Positions 27,201-37,015 of a DNA stretch of 64,000 bases are shown here, piece by piece (the stretch's first letter is position 1; each line of letters opens with the position of its first letter). The translations under genes were made by a program, and so were the position numbers. This DNA is from a virus. A model generated the notes under the pieces. The model saw nothing but the letters and a program-made list of their open reading frames with translations, had not been told where the DNA came from and did not search any database. The stretch spans positions 1 to 64,000 of the IMG/VR virus record IMGVR_UViG_3300030098_006058, one strand, 5' to 3'.

Positions 27201-30200
27201 GTTAATCATCTTAGTGGAGTTTTAATAAGTAGTTTATCTTTACAACATCCAGATGGTAGTTCTGCTTTTGAAATTCCTCCTACAAGTATAGCTTATAATA
27301 ATCCTTGTAAATACCATACTGAAAGTTCATTTAAAGTAACTTCTTATGGAAATTGTTCTGATTGTGCTGCATCTGATACATCAAAAAAATGTAAATATAA
27401 ATTAATTAACTGTAAAAACGGTTTAGTTAAATATACTGAAGTAGATTTATCAGCAGATGTTGGTAAAATAATCTCTTTAAATGAAGTAGGATTATATAAA
27501 TGTTATACTGTAGAACATACATATTCTGATTCTGTTACAGCTGATGTAACTAAATTAGCAGGTTATACAGATTGTACTGATTGTGAAAATAGTGAAAATT
27601 CTATTTTTAGATTATTGAAATGTACTGATGAAACTTCAGATCCAAAATATACAACTGAAGATTTAACTCCAGGTATATCTGGATATGTTGGTAAAGTAGC
27701 TATTCTAGAAGGAGAATATTATGGAAGAATAGTAGATAGTTTAGGAACTTCTGCTCATTCATTATTAACTACTGCAGTAACTATTGTTAATCATACTTCA
27801 AAATGTAGTGATGCTAATTTCTATACTCGAATAACTGCATGCAATGATTCAACAAGAATTATTGATATTGACTATACCTTAAGTCCAAGTATTCATTCTT
27901 ATATAGGTACTTCTAAAGGTTTAGCTATAAATAATCTAGGAAATAAAGAAGATGAAGTTTGTTGGACAGCAGCTTCTTGGATTGAAGGTCCAACTCCTTA
28001 TGTATATCAAAATATTACTGTAACTGCTTTTGCTGATGATTGTGATACTTGTGTTCAAACTGCATTAGCACCACCACCATCACAGATTGCTTTATCATCT
28101 TGTTGTAATACACCATCTGGTGATTATGCTCCTGATTTTTATTTTGCAGTTACTGCTGGAGTTGATATAAATTTAGATGATGATGGATTAATTGTTGAAG
28201 CAGATATTACAGATCCAACTACTGGTATACTTTATAATGGATGTTGGAATGTAGACGAATTACCTGGATTGATGGATCCTTCTTTTTTAACTGATTGGGA
28301 TTATATTAATGTATTAGCTTCTACTGTTGTAGGGGGAAGTCCAGGAACTAGTTGTCATGGATGTACATATTGGTGTACAGCTACAGCAGGATGTGAAGTA
28401 TTAGCTTGTGTTTCATCTGCACAGGATTATTTTGTAGAGTGTGGAGGATTTAGTCAGGCCGAACAAGGTGCTGGTGTATTAGCATTTGATGAAGATCCTC
28501 TTAGAGAATGTTTTAGATTATGTAATAATAAATTTAATGGTGTACACGGAATAAACTGGTATTGGGGTAATGGAGCAGGATTGAAGTGGGAATTATTAGG
28601 TACTCCTTATGCTACATTTGATGGAAATAGTCAAATGGGTATGGGGATTATAGGAATGCCAGGTGATTATGGATATACTAGATTTGGAAGTGCTGTACAC
28701 TGTGTAGCTGAAAATATCACTATAGGAACTAAAGATTATGTTAAGGGAGATATTTTATTTTATACCGACGGTCATCATGTGTTTAATTCTAATCATGTAT
28801 TCATGGACAATGGTACAAATTTGGCTGGAGGAGATATGGTGAGTCCAATTTCAGATATTAATTCTGCTTATGATAATTATAGAATGGCTACACAACAGGC
28901 TATTATTGTACCAGACCCTCAAGGAGGATTTATAGGTAATAGTACAAAGACTCATGCTTGGTATTATATATTTTACCAATCAACAGGAGATGGACCTTTT
29001 TATTCGGCAAAAGTATTAATGGATACTTTTAATGGATTAGGACTTGTAGCTCCTGATACTATTGACTATAAAATACATGATAATTCTACAGAAAGATTAT
29101 GTGTAAGTACTGGAAGAACTGATGATGCAGAAGAGGTTTATTGGGTAATAGAAGTACAACCATGGTATGATATTCCAAATCCAGATTTTGGAACACCATT
29201 AGCAGAACCTAATGCAACTATACGTGTTCATAAAGTTAGTGCTATTGGATTTGAAGTAGATTATACAATATTTGAATTAGATCAAAATAATATTCAGGGG
29301 AAATTAGATAATTTCCAACAAATGTCTGTATGTGCAAGAATAAAAATGTCACCAGATAATAAATGGATTGTTCTAACAGGTTGGCAAGGAGGAGCGAATT
29401 GGACTCAATTATTAAGATTTGATGAAACTACTGGAGAGATAGGTCCTACTTATGGAGAAATCTGGACAGATGCTCCAAATTTAGGGTGTGTTCCTGTTAC
29501 TACAGGTTGTAATACTAATATTGCGACTAGTTTTATTCCAACAATGACTGCTGTTGAATTTGATGCAGGAAGTAATTATTTATATATGATAAGGAGCGGA
29601 TCAATCTATCCGCCAGAAGTTCCATCGGGAAGTTGTGAAGGTCAAAATACAATGCAACCTGCTTTATTAAGAAGATCTCTTGATGGTGTAACTGGAGAAA
29701 TAGGAGAAATAGAAATAGTAGAAAATAATATACAGTTTTTACCAGGAATCAATAATATTCCTGCTATGGATACTGAAGGACAAGGAGAGGGTTGTGCAAA
29801 TCATGCAGCTATTCCAGTAGATATGGTTATAGGACCTGATTGGAATTTATATTATGGTATGTTTAAAGGTAAATTAACTGGAAGTCAGAATACAGGTTTA
29901 AGTTCTTGGAAACAAGGAAGTTTTATAGGACAGGATTTTAATGATGGCGAATTTAGTACATATGATAAATATATAGGTAGAGTTGTTAATCCTCATAATG
30001 ACTATCCAATAGTTCTAAGTCCTAATGAAGATCAGTGGGATCAAACTTATGTAAGTTTGGAAAATCGAAGAATGGCAACAGGATTCCCAGTATACTTAAA
30101 GAAAAAATGTGCTCTACCTAGTGAAGATGATACTGTGTATGATGTGGGTGTAGCAGCTACATATGAAGCATGTGATGAAAGTACTGATTGTGGAATAGTT

Positions 30201-33200
30201 ATACCTCCTATACCTGCATATCAATTAACTGAGTGTGGATGTTCAGGAGCAGATGGTATTGGTTGTGGGGGAGCTATTACAGATCCGTGCTATACTTGTG
30301 ATAAGGATTATGATGGCATTCAACAAACTACTGGATTAGAAGCGCCTACTTCTAATATTGTAGCTAATCCTACTGTTGGAAATGCTAAATGGAGTACTTT
30401 AGAAACTGGTACTAATTCTAGACATTGGACAGTCATTAGAGAAGCAGTAGAATTATTAGCTACTGGAGTTGATCAAACTGTAACACTGAGTTATAGTTAT
30501 TGTAAAGGTGGAACTAGTTTTCATGGAGGACAGGTTTTACAAACTTTTGAACAAGGTCCTGCAACATCTAGAACAACTGGAATAAGCAATTATACTGGTG
30601 TTGCATTTGATTATGTATATGCAATAACTGAAATACAATTTAAAGCAGAAATTGCCTATTGCTTTCAAATAATGAAGGAATTATTTGAATCAGTATTTAA
30701 CAAATCTTGTGGATATGGTGCTAATTTATGTTTAAATTTTGTACCTGCAAATGCACCAGGTTTAGCTCCTGGATCTGCTGCTTTAGGAAATGAAGTTTGG
30801 GATGGGGTTACTGGAACTGGAATTGTGAATGAAGATGAACTATTAAATAATCCAGTAGGAAGCCCTCAAGGAACTCCATTCGATGATTCTGCAGGAACTT
30901 CAGGAATATCAAATATCGGTGATATTAGAATAGGTATGTCAGCTAATTCACCTTCGCCCGCAGGTGCACTAGGTCGTGGAGGATCTCCTTCTCCTAATTC
31001 TGTACCTGGGTTATCAAGAGATACTGGTTGTTATTTCGGTAACTGTAATACACAAAATCCAGCACGTATGTATTCATTGATATGGTTAGAGGGTAATACT
31101 GAGTGGAGAATGAGAACTCAGCCTTATGATGAAACTATAGGAAATCTTATAAATAATTCTGGTGAGTCTAAAAATTATGAAATAGTAAGAATTATGGCCC
31201 ATGAAATATTTCATGCTTTAGGAATGGGACATTGTTGGAGAACTTTTAGGACTCAAGGAGTTGTAGATGGATTTAATTGTGCCAATGTAATAAATAGTCC
31301 TTGTACATCTCCTGGTATACAAGGTAATGGTGCATGTGCAGGTTGGTGGGCATATTATTGCGGGGTATTAGAAACTAATTCTATAATGGCAGCAACAGTA
31401 GGTTCAGATATGGAATGGAATGATTTCTTTGGAACACCTTCCTGTAATCTAGCAGGAGGAGATAGTGGATTGATAGATCGAACTTCTGTATGTGCTCTTT
31501 ATGGTTATACTTATGGAAATAGTCCATATAGTGAAGCAGGAACAACTTATAATCAAATAACAAATTCTGTTATAGCCCAAGCTCAAGGAGCATCTACTAC
31601 GGGATTAGCAGATGAAGATAATGATGTATGGCAATGTCCTGCATGTGAAGGTGGATTATTTTATACAACTGCTGCAGAGTTTGAACCATTTGTTGGTGGA
31701 ACAATTTTATGGAATCCTGGTGATGGATTAGGAGAAAGATGTTTTGAAGTAAGCGCTATAGATGGTATACCTGAAGGTGAAACAGATACAACTATAACAG
31801 GATATGAGGGTCCTTATGAGGACTGTGATGAATGTCTGTTAACTCAGTTGTCTCCACCTTGTTGGCAATTATCTTTATGTATGCAATGTGAAGCAAATGT
31901 AGATGGTTCGACTCCAATGAATATAATTACAACAACTGATATGAGTTCATATTGTGTCATTGGAGGAATACCAGGTGATGATGTGAATACTCCTGTAGTT
32001 GTATTAGAAGAATATCCAAATGCATGTTGGACAGTTGAATGTGCACTTTCGATAGACTTAGATGAGGCTCTATGTCAAACTGCTGCTCCAGTAACTGTAG
32101 AATCTTCACATGCAGATTGTCAAATTTGCTGCGATGGTGTAGGGGGACAATGTTTTAGTCTTCATAGTTGTACCACTGGAGAAACATTTATAACTTTTAC
32201 TAATTTATTTATATATATAGGTCAGGTAGTTACTTTAACTCAATATGTTCCTGGAATGACACCGGGAGATTGTTTTACAGTAAGTTTATGCGGTCCTTGT
32301 GGTCCTGATTGTTTAGGTCTTGGAGCAGTTACAGTTAATGAAACATGGAATGATTGTAAATCATGTGTGACAGAGGGACAGCAAATATATGATTTATTTG
32401 ATTGTGCAACATGTTTTGAAGAGGATTATTGGTCTTATCCAAATCCAATTCCAGCAGGATGTAATTATGTATTAGGTGTTGCTGAAACTGTAGCTATTAG
32501 TATTTTAAATGGTATGGGTGGATCTGCTTATTTTACTGGAGATCCTGCAGTAGAAGATTCTGAAGGAAACCCATTCTGCATGAAAGTATTTCCAAGTGAG
32601 ATGAATTGGTCTCCTTATGCGGTTGATGTTACTCAATCTTGTATATGTAATCCTGATGAACCTACTCCAGTTATAGGCTGTATGGATTCAACAGCATTAA
32701 ATTATAATCCAAATGCGAATACTCCATGTGATGGAACAAATGGAAATCCTGTTATTATACCATGTCAAGAAGATCAAACTATACAAACTAATCCATTAGG
32801 ATGTTGTTGTATATATATAGATGATACAGAATATGAAGGATGTTGTGATCAAACAGCTGTAAATTATTGTCCAGGATGTAGTAATTGTTGTCCTGATAAT
32901 AGCTGTTGTCAATATAATCCACCTCCCCCTTTAATTTCAGTACAATATGAAGAAGATTGTATAAACTGTTTAAGTTGGGATGAAATAGATGATGTATTCC
33001 AGAAAGCTGCTAAGATGTGTGATGTATGTTGGCCTCCACCAGGAATAACATATAAAGAATATTATTGTAATGAACCATTACCTGTGGTTCCTGATCCATT
33101 AGATCCTCCAATAATTGGATGTCTGGATCCTGTTGCATGGAATTATAATCCTGATGCAGAATTACCTTGTGACGGTTGTTGCGAATATGTAGATGGTTGT

Positions 33201-34949
33201 ACAGATCAATCTGCATGTAATTATGATCCTGAAGCAACAGAGACTAATTTAGATGCTTGTATATATCCAAATGAATGTGGAAGTTGTATAGGTGATTTAA
33301 GCTGTTTAGAACCTGGATGTATGGACCCAACAGCTTGTAACTATGATCCAAATGCACAAGAAGATTGTGTAACTTGCTGTGAATATTCTACATGTGTAGG
33401 ATGTTGTGATGAAAACGATCCTAATTATTGTCCAACGTGTACAGTTTGTAATTCTAATTATTGTGTAGCTGGAATATTTGATTGTTTATCTAATAGAGAT
33501 ATTTATGTATTTTATGATATGACTTCTATGGGATATGTTGGAGCCGGAACTACACAAGATGATAGACTATTATTTGTAAATGGTATAAAGGATACTATGG
33601 ATGAAGTATATATGTGGTTAGTAAATGGAGGATATCTAGGAAATGTTTATCATTTACCAGTTCAACATGTGTCATGTGCTGTAAATGGGACTGGGATTTG
33701 TGGTGGTACGGCTCAAGATTATAGTACTTGGATACCAACTGCAACTGCATCAGCAAACTTTGAAAGATATTTAAGATGGTTTACATATCCAGCTCATGGA
33801 AATAAAGGAGCTAATAGTGGAGATTTACCAGATTCAGATAGAGTATCTTTTGTTACTTTATCTAAATGTAATCCAGGTGCACCAAATGCGGGACAACCAA
33901 CAGATTATTGTTTTAATAATATAACATATAATACAGGTGTAGGAGGAACAACTGCTCCAATAATAAAACAGATTTCTGCTAAATATACTTGGGATGGAAT
34001 AAGTGATTTTGAAAGCGGTCTTCCTCAACCTCAATTAGATCCAAATGGACATGGGGCTGCGGATGGTCCAGGTTGTGAAGGGCTGTATGATCCATATCAT
34101 GAATTTGCTCCAGAAAAACCAGTTGATAATAGCCCAATTTGTATAGCATTTATAGATGAAAGTGGTCAACAAGGTGCAGCTGGAACTCCAGTTAGTAATA
34201 CTGATGATACTATTAATATAGGCCAATATACATCACAAGAACTTATTTCTAGTGCACTAGCTGGTCAAGGAGATGGATGTCTGGTTACTGATTTAAATTA
34301 TACTTTAGGGGCCGGAGCTGCTAATACTTTTCCATATACTGGAGATCATGGAATAGGTTTAGGGTGTCATTCAGATACTGCTTCCGATGCATCAGGATAT
34401 TTAAATCCTGCTAATAATGTAACTCAAGAATACAAATGGGATTTCATGGATTTTGATAAATTCTGGTCATTAGGATATGATGATACTACATTTACTTTTA
34501 ATACAGTAGGTAATGAAAATGGATACGCTCAAAATAATGCTAACTTCTTAATTATACCAGCAGCTGCACAATGGCAAGGTATGACAGATAGTAACCAACT
34601 TATTTTAATACATCATTTAAATCAAGCTATTGGTAGAGGAGTTCCAACTCTATCAGGTCATATTGAAGTAGCAAACTTTGTAGAGTGGCCAGTATATGTA
34701 GGTACAAGTAATAATACTAGACATAGTGCTAGATACATGACAGACCCTCTTATGGTTAATAAATATGCAGGTGGACAGCAGGGATTTGCAATACAATCTG
34801 AACCAAATAATATGTTAGGTAATTATAAATTTAATTATTCATTACCTAATGAAGTTACATCTCTTGGACAGGTAGGATCAGATGCAATGTTATTCCTTCT
34901 ATTAGAAGGGCTATGTGCAAACTATATGGAGATGGGTGCAGTACAATAA
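24267..34949 (+). CDS. Giant Cys-rich fibre/adhesin-like protein (3560 aa) with propeller-like domains and a metzincin motif
   Basis: Uninterrupted ORF; HEIFHALGMGH plus NSIM Met-turn; GC.D..A.NY.P repeats; repeated Cys modules. Confidence 0.8.
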   Translation: MAAKDKFKQLVYGKNIRQDNRTYPPTISTVNTAFDPQAGCASISADAAYNPGTAYAAGDVLFYTDGATVYNSANAVMGGGTVGGLGGDGKNAQSTFIVKSPTTHYWWIFSHDVANNKVWVATVKMDDNGGLGSVSQKATSQTFAGSATDRMAPYYDGTASQYGFIIHLTGSDRWVSYRVNGLSGQNPTFAAAVTTSIGTSYNNNDAANHATVKFNKDNTKFATVYQANIGTAGSPVTGAVVEVFDFNTSTQVPSNFGQFILPINDAGAIAIGGGAQRLKGYDLEWDFDTASPTLYAPVYDPINGMGIRYYVLNASNVPSSSGDVAKSFQSTGTWGDRTIWSLFRDPYDDKIYVATPNKIGSTGGYSANYNDTYGITQVSAITNSSSPAGTAEFVDSVVTTGTKLVRKGLGTRAIRDEASASSGKYNLTPCDTFKEYVLDSDGFIWSIDGALDATKIADVSSITNRKNIAVQKETGFIYLLAGTGATQAIYKVDPISGSVASGVAISGAGITGFNSICSKDGDALKLYAVIEIAGPHYNYAEIVIATGVATKTAGNTSHVAVDTAYIGTTLYMASGDDLYKNTGPGTWATVGANGLSTNYEGLATDDTTLYGYIAGKRYTINTTSGAATLGKSITTNGGTATWNYTITGAGQINYAGTLNPLITSDGTIPPFVGDIIRVENFAGCWTVSTASSGTAQVVGNVLQSYSDCDSCTLVDSNLECKLLVDCCTTGAGIPQKVVGTTDDSTIVVGNVYEITGNATTSDQLNRCVKAVSPDSDLYVTFYNGEVGSIDLTTGIITQNTGLPNTMGITFDSNGNGLTLQEDGKISLVKPSGFANAIEVNASAVSMNKAITVADDGTIYAAGDVSGVTKLQSITYDNNADTITFGSTLVNASVLLTGDMAVGPDTLLYCTGDAAPSGALDPNDLFTLDTTSATNTTIASLTTTLSLTTHQIVKGISFVKDVCKVLVWDSASNGLTLFDVNHLSGVLISSLSLQHPDGSSAFEIPPTSIAYNNPCKYHTESSFKVTSYGNCSDCAASDTSKKCKYKLINCKNGLVKYTEVDLSADVGKIISLNEVGLYKCYTVEHTYSDSVTADVTKLAGYTDCTDCENSENSIFRLLKCTDETSDPKYTTEDLTPGISGYVGKVAILEGEYYGRIVDSLGTSAHSLLTTAVTIVNHTSKCSDANFYTRITACNDSTRIIDIDYTLSPSIHSYIGTSKGLAINNLGNKEDEVCWTAASWIEGPTPYVYQNITVTAFADDCDTCVQTALAPPPSQIALSSCCNTPSGDYAPDFYFAVTAGVDINLDDDGLIVEADITDPTTGILYNGCWNVDELPGLMDPSFLTDWDYINVLASTVVGGSPGTSCHGCTYWCTATAGCEVLACVSSAQDYFVECGGFSQAEQGAGVLAFDEDPLRECFRLCNNKFNGVHGINWYWGNGAGLKWELLGTPYATFDGNSQMGMGIIGMPGDYGYTRFGSAVHCVAENITIGTKDYVKGDILFYTDGHHVFNSNHVFMDNGTNLAGGDMVSPISDINSAYDNYRMATQQAIIVPDPQGGFIGNSTKTHAWYYIFYQSTGDGPFYSAKVLMDTFNGLGLVAPDTIDYKIHDNSTERLCVSTGRTDDAEEVYWVIEVQPWYDIPNPDFGTPLAEPNATIRVHKVSAIGFEVDYTIFELDQNNIQGKLDNFQQMSVCARIKMSPDNKWIVLTGWQGGANWTQLLRFDETTGEIGPTYGEIWTDAPNLGCVPVTTGCNTNIATSFIPTMTAVEFDAGSNYLYMIRSGSIYPPEVPSGSCEGQNTMQPALLRRSLDGVTGEIGEIEIVENNIQFLPGINNIPAMDTEGQGEGCANHAAIPVDMVIGPDWNLYYGMFKGKLTGSQNTGLSSWKQGSFIGQDFNDGEFSTYDKYIGRVVNPHNDYPIVLSPNEDQWDQTYVSLENRRMATGFPVYLKKKCALPSEDDTVYDVGVAATYEACDESTDCGIVIPPIPAYQLTECGCSGADGIGCGGAITDPCYTCDKDYDGIQQTTGLEAPTSNIVANPTVGNAKWSTLETGTNSRHWTVIREAVELLATGVDQTVTLSYSYCKGGTSFHGGQVLQTFEQGPATSRTTGISNYTGVAFDYVYAITEIQFKAEIAYCFQIMKELFESVFNKSCGYGANLCLNFVPANAPGLAPGSAALGNEVWDGVTGTGIVNEDELLNNPVGSPQGTPFDDSAGTSGISNIGDIRIGMSANSPSPAGALGRGGSPSPNSVPGLSRDTGCYFGNCNTQNPARMYSLIWLEGNTEWRMRTQPYDETIGNLINNSGESKNYEIVRIMAHEIFHALGMGHCWRTFRTQGVVDGFNCANVINSPCTSPGIQGNGACAGWWAYYCGVLETNSIMAATVGSDMEWNDFFGTPSCNLAGGDSGLIDRTSVCALYGYTYGNSPYSEAGTTYNQITNSVIAQAQGASTTGLADEDNDVWQCPACEGGLFYTTAAEFEPFVGGTILWNPGDGLGERCFEVSAIDGIPEGETDTTITGYEGPYEDCDECLLTQLSPPCWQLSLCMQCEANVDGSTPMNIITTTDMSSYCVIGGIPGDDVNTPVVVLEEYPNACWTVECALSIDLDEALCQTAAPVTVESSHADCQICCDGVGGQCFSLHSCTTGETFITFTNLFIYIGQVVTLTQYVPGMTPGDCFTVSLCGPCGPDCLGLGAVTVNETWNDCKSCVTEGQQIYDLFDCATCFEEDYWSYPNPIPAGCNYVLGVAETVAISILNGMGGSAYFTGDPAVEDSEGNPFCMKVFPSEMNWSPYAVDVTQSCICNPDEPTPVIGCMDSTALNYNPNANTPCDGTNGNPVIIPCQEDQTIQTNPLGCCCIYIDDTEYEGCCDQTAVNYCPGCSNCCPDNSCCQYNPPPPLISVQYEEDCINCLSWDEIDDVFQKAAKMCDVCWPPPGITYKEYYCNEPLPVVPDPLDPPIIGCLDPVAWNYNPDAELPCDGCCEYVDGCTDQSACNYDPEATETNLDACIYPNECGSCIGDLSCLEPGCMDPTACNYDPNAQEDCVTCCEYSTCVGCCDENDPNYCPTCTVCNSNYCVAGIFDCLSNRDIYVFYDMTSMGYVGAGTTQDDRLLFVNGIKDTMDEVYMWLVNGGYLGNVYHLPVQHVSCAVNGTGICGGTAQDYSTWIPTATASANFERYLRWFTYPAHGNKGANSGDLPDSDRVSFVTLSKCNPGAPNAGQPTDYCFNNITYNTGVGGTTAPIIKQISAKYTWDGISDFESGLPQPQLDPNGHGAADGPGCEGLYDPYHEFAPEKPVDNSPICIAFIDESGQQGAAGTPVSNTDDTINIGQYTSQELISSALAGQGDGCLVTDLNYTLGAGAANTFPYTGDHGIGLGCHSDTASDASGYLNPANNVTQEYKWDFMDFDKFWSLGYDDTTFTFNTVGNENGYAQNNANFLIIPAAAQWQGMTDSNQLILIHHLNQAIGRGVPTLSGHIEVANFVEWPVYVGTSNNTRHSARYMTDPLMVNKYAGGQQGFAIQSEPNNMLGNYKFNYSLPNEVTSLGQVGSDAMLFLLLEGLCANYMEMGAVQ

Positions 34950-34966
34950 TAAAATATAGGTAATAA

Positions 34967-34998
34967 TTTGAAATTATAAATATTTATCTATATATTTG
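34967..34998 (+). promoter_or_regulatory. Bacteroidota sigma70-type promoter
   Basis: TTTG at 34967-34970 and TATATTTG at 34991-34998. Confidence 0.7.
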
Positions 34999-35037
34999 GA
35001 AAATTAATAGAGTAATAATTTAATAAAACATAATTTA

Positions 35038-35403
35038 ATGGCGACTTTAACACATCAATTAATAATATCTAGTACTACTACAAGCTCTGATGCTTTAAGT
35101 ATTAGTACTTCAGATGTACTTACTGTTACTGAACCGTCTATAAATATTGCAAGAAAATCAATAGCTACTGGAGCTGCTCAAACAATTTTACCTGCTATTT
35201 CAGCTAAGTTTACATATATCTATTTAAAAGCTATATCAGGAACTGCTGCTTCAGATTGGGTACAAGTTAAAATTAACGGTCAGGTTATGGCTAAATTAAG
35301 AATTGGAGAATCTATGTGGTTACCAATTTATAATAATTATGCGGTAGAAGGAGAAGCTTACGGAAATGCAGTAATTGTAGAATACGGACAATGGTCAGTA
35401 TAA
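35038..35403 (+). CDS. Small beta-rich structural protein
   Basis: ORF track; T/S/A-rich. Confidence 0.7.
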   Translation: MATLTHQLIISSTTTSSDALSISTSDVLTVTEPSINIARKSIATGAAQTILPAISAKFTYIYLKAISGTAASDWVQVKINGQVMAKLRIGESMWLPIYNNYAVEGEAYGNAVIVEYGQWSV

Positions 35404-35433
35404 TAGAATGTTTAATAATAAAATAGAATAATA

Positions 35434-35736
35434 ATGGCAAGTAATAAACCGGTAAAACTTATTTCTGCAAAAAAAGCTCTTGGAGCTGAAATGACGGGGA
35501 AATATGCTACAGTTAGTTCTGTAGATAGAATTATAAAAAATTTGCAGTTCTTCTATATTATTGGTACTACAGCTGATACAACAACTGATGGTACTGATTT
35601 AGAAGTAGGAGATATAGTTATTCAGATAGAAGATGCAGCAGCTACCTCTCATTATATGACAGTGGTAACTGCAGGAACTTTACCTGAAGCTTTTGTAGCA
35701 AATGATTTATATATAGTATTACGACCTGGTGCGTAA
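35434..35736 (+). CDS. Hypothetical structural protein, 100 aa
   Basis: ORF track. Confidence 0.7.
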   Translation: MASNKPVKLISAKKALGAEMTGKYATVSSVDRIIKNLQFFYIIGTTADTTTDGTDLEVGDIVIQIEDAAATSHYMTVVTAGTLPEAFVANDLYIVLRPGA

Positions 35737-35770
35737 TTTAATTTAATTTAATAATTTTAAAATTTTTAAT

Positions 35771-36178
35771 ATGGCTAAGAAAGAAACTAGCGCAATGAAA
35801 AAAACAGAATTGACTAATCGTGACTTATTAGCGGTCAGTCAGGGAATCGCTTACATAAATAGTAAAGAAACTAAAGTATGGCATGCTTTATCAAAGAATA
35901 TGGATAGTATTTCTGCTATCGTAACAGAGGTAAATACACGTCATAAAGCAATAACTGAAGAGTTAGCAAAAAAAGATGATAAAGGAATAGCTATTAGAAA
36001 TCCTCAAGGTCAAATTGATTTTGGAGATAATCTAGATACAGCTAATAAAAGATGGGAAGATATCATGAATGAGAAAGTTACAGTAGAACTTTTACCAATT
36101 CCTTTAGAAGATCTAAAAGATTATGGCTTAGATGCGACTATGGTTAGACCCCTGATTGGTACGTTATTAGTTGAATAA
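35771..36178 (+). CDS. Helical protein, possible tail-fibre chaperone
   Basis: Helical hairpin pattern typical of small phage genes near fibre genes; the function is inferred. Confidence 0.55.
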   Translation: MAKKETSAMKKTELTNRDLLAVSQGIAYINSKETKVWHALSKNMDSISAIVTEVNTRHKAITEELAKKDDKGIAIRNPQGQIDFGDNLDTANKRWEDIMNEKVTVELLPIPLEDLKDYGLDATMVRPLIGTLLVE

Positions 36179-36187
36179 ACTAAATTA

Positions 36188-36403
36188 ATGGCAAGACGTA
36201 TTTCAAATTCAGAACTACATGAGGATATACTCGAAATTAAACAGGATGTGAGTGATCTTAAAAAAAGATTACTCGATCCTGATTTCGGTATCGTTTCTCG
36301 TGTAAATAGAAATACTTCTTTTCGTAGTAGTGCAGGTAAAGTCCTGTGGTCAATTTGGGTAGCAATAGTGGGAATTCTGGCTAAATTGATGTTTTGGAAT
36401 TAA
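36188..36403 (+). CDS. Coiled-coil plus C-terminal TM protein, holin/XhlA-like
   Basis: Heptad N-terminus and TM segment VLWSIWVAIVGILAKLMFW. Confidence 0.6.
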   Translation: MARRISNSELHEDILEIKQDVSDLKKRLLDPDFGIVSRVNRNTSFRSSAGKVLWSIWVAIVGILAKLMFWN

Positions 36404-36413
36404 ATTTTAATGT

Positions 36414-37013
36414 ATGAAGATAGATCCGAAATGGTTAATAATAATAGGTTTAGTTATTTTTATATTACTGTCTAGGGCATGTAACAATAACTTTATACTA
36501 GGACCAAAGGTAATAGATGAAGTAACAACCGTACATACAGATACGTTGAGAGTTACACATATAGACACTCTACAATTTGTAGATACTATTCAAAGAATAG
36601 TAACTGTAAAAATAGAAGAACCTGTTAAAGTAATCATTGAAGATGATGTTTGGGATGAACTTAATATAAATGAATATAATAATTCATTTAATGATAGTTT
36701 AATAGATGGAACTATTTATACTAGGGTAGATGGAACAATGTTAGATCAAGAATTTAATTATATTCCTAAATTTCCTCAGTATATTATTCAAGTAGATACA
36801 GTTATGGTAAATACCTTGACGAATACTACAACAACAGTTCAATCTAGATTTAATTTAAATATAGGAGCAGAAGTAGGAGGTAATCCTGAAATGTTTAACT
36901 TCTCTCCTTTAATAGGCTTTACAAGTCGAAATGGGTTTTCATATTCCTACAGATATGGAATAATGGATAAAACACATAATGTAGGAATAATGTATAATTT
37001 TAAAATAAAATAA
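36414..37013 (+). CDS. Membrane-anchored spanin-like protein
   Basis: N-terminal TM, DT-rich stalk, C-terminal amphipathic beta strands ending GIMYNFKIK. Confidence 0.55.
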   Translation: MKIDPKWLIIIGLVIFILLSRACNNNFILGPKVIDEVTTVHTDTLRVTHIDTLQFVDTIQRIVTVKIEEPVKVIIEDDVWDELNINEYNNSFNDSLIDGTIYTRVDGTMLDQEFNYIPKFPQYIIQVDTVMVNTLTNTTTTVQSRFNLNIGAEVGGNPEMFNFSPLIGFTSRNGFSYSYRYGIMDKTHNVGIMYNFKIK

Positions 37014-37015
37014 TA

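Noticed and set aside
24267-34949. Diversity-generating retroelement target
   Set aside because: No reverse transcriptase or adenine-variant template/variable repeat pair is visible in the window; the repeats are divergent at protein level.
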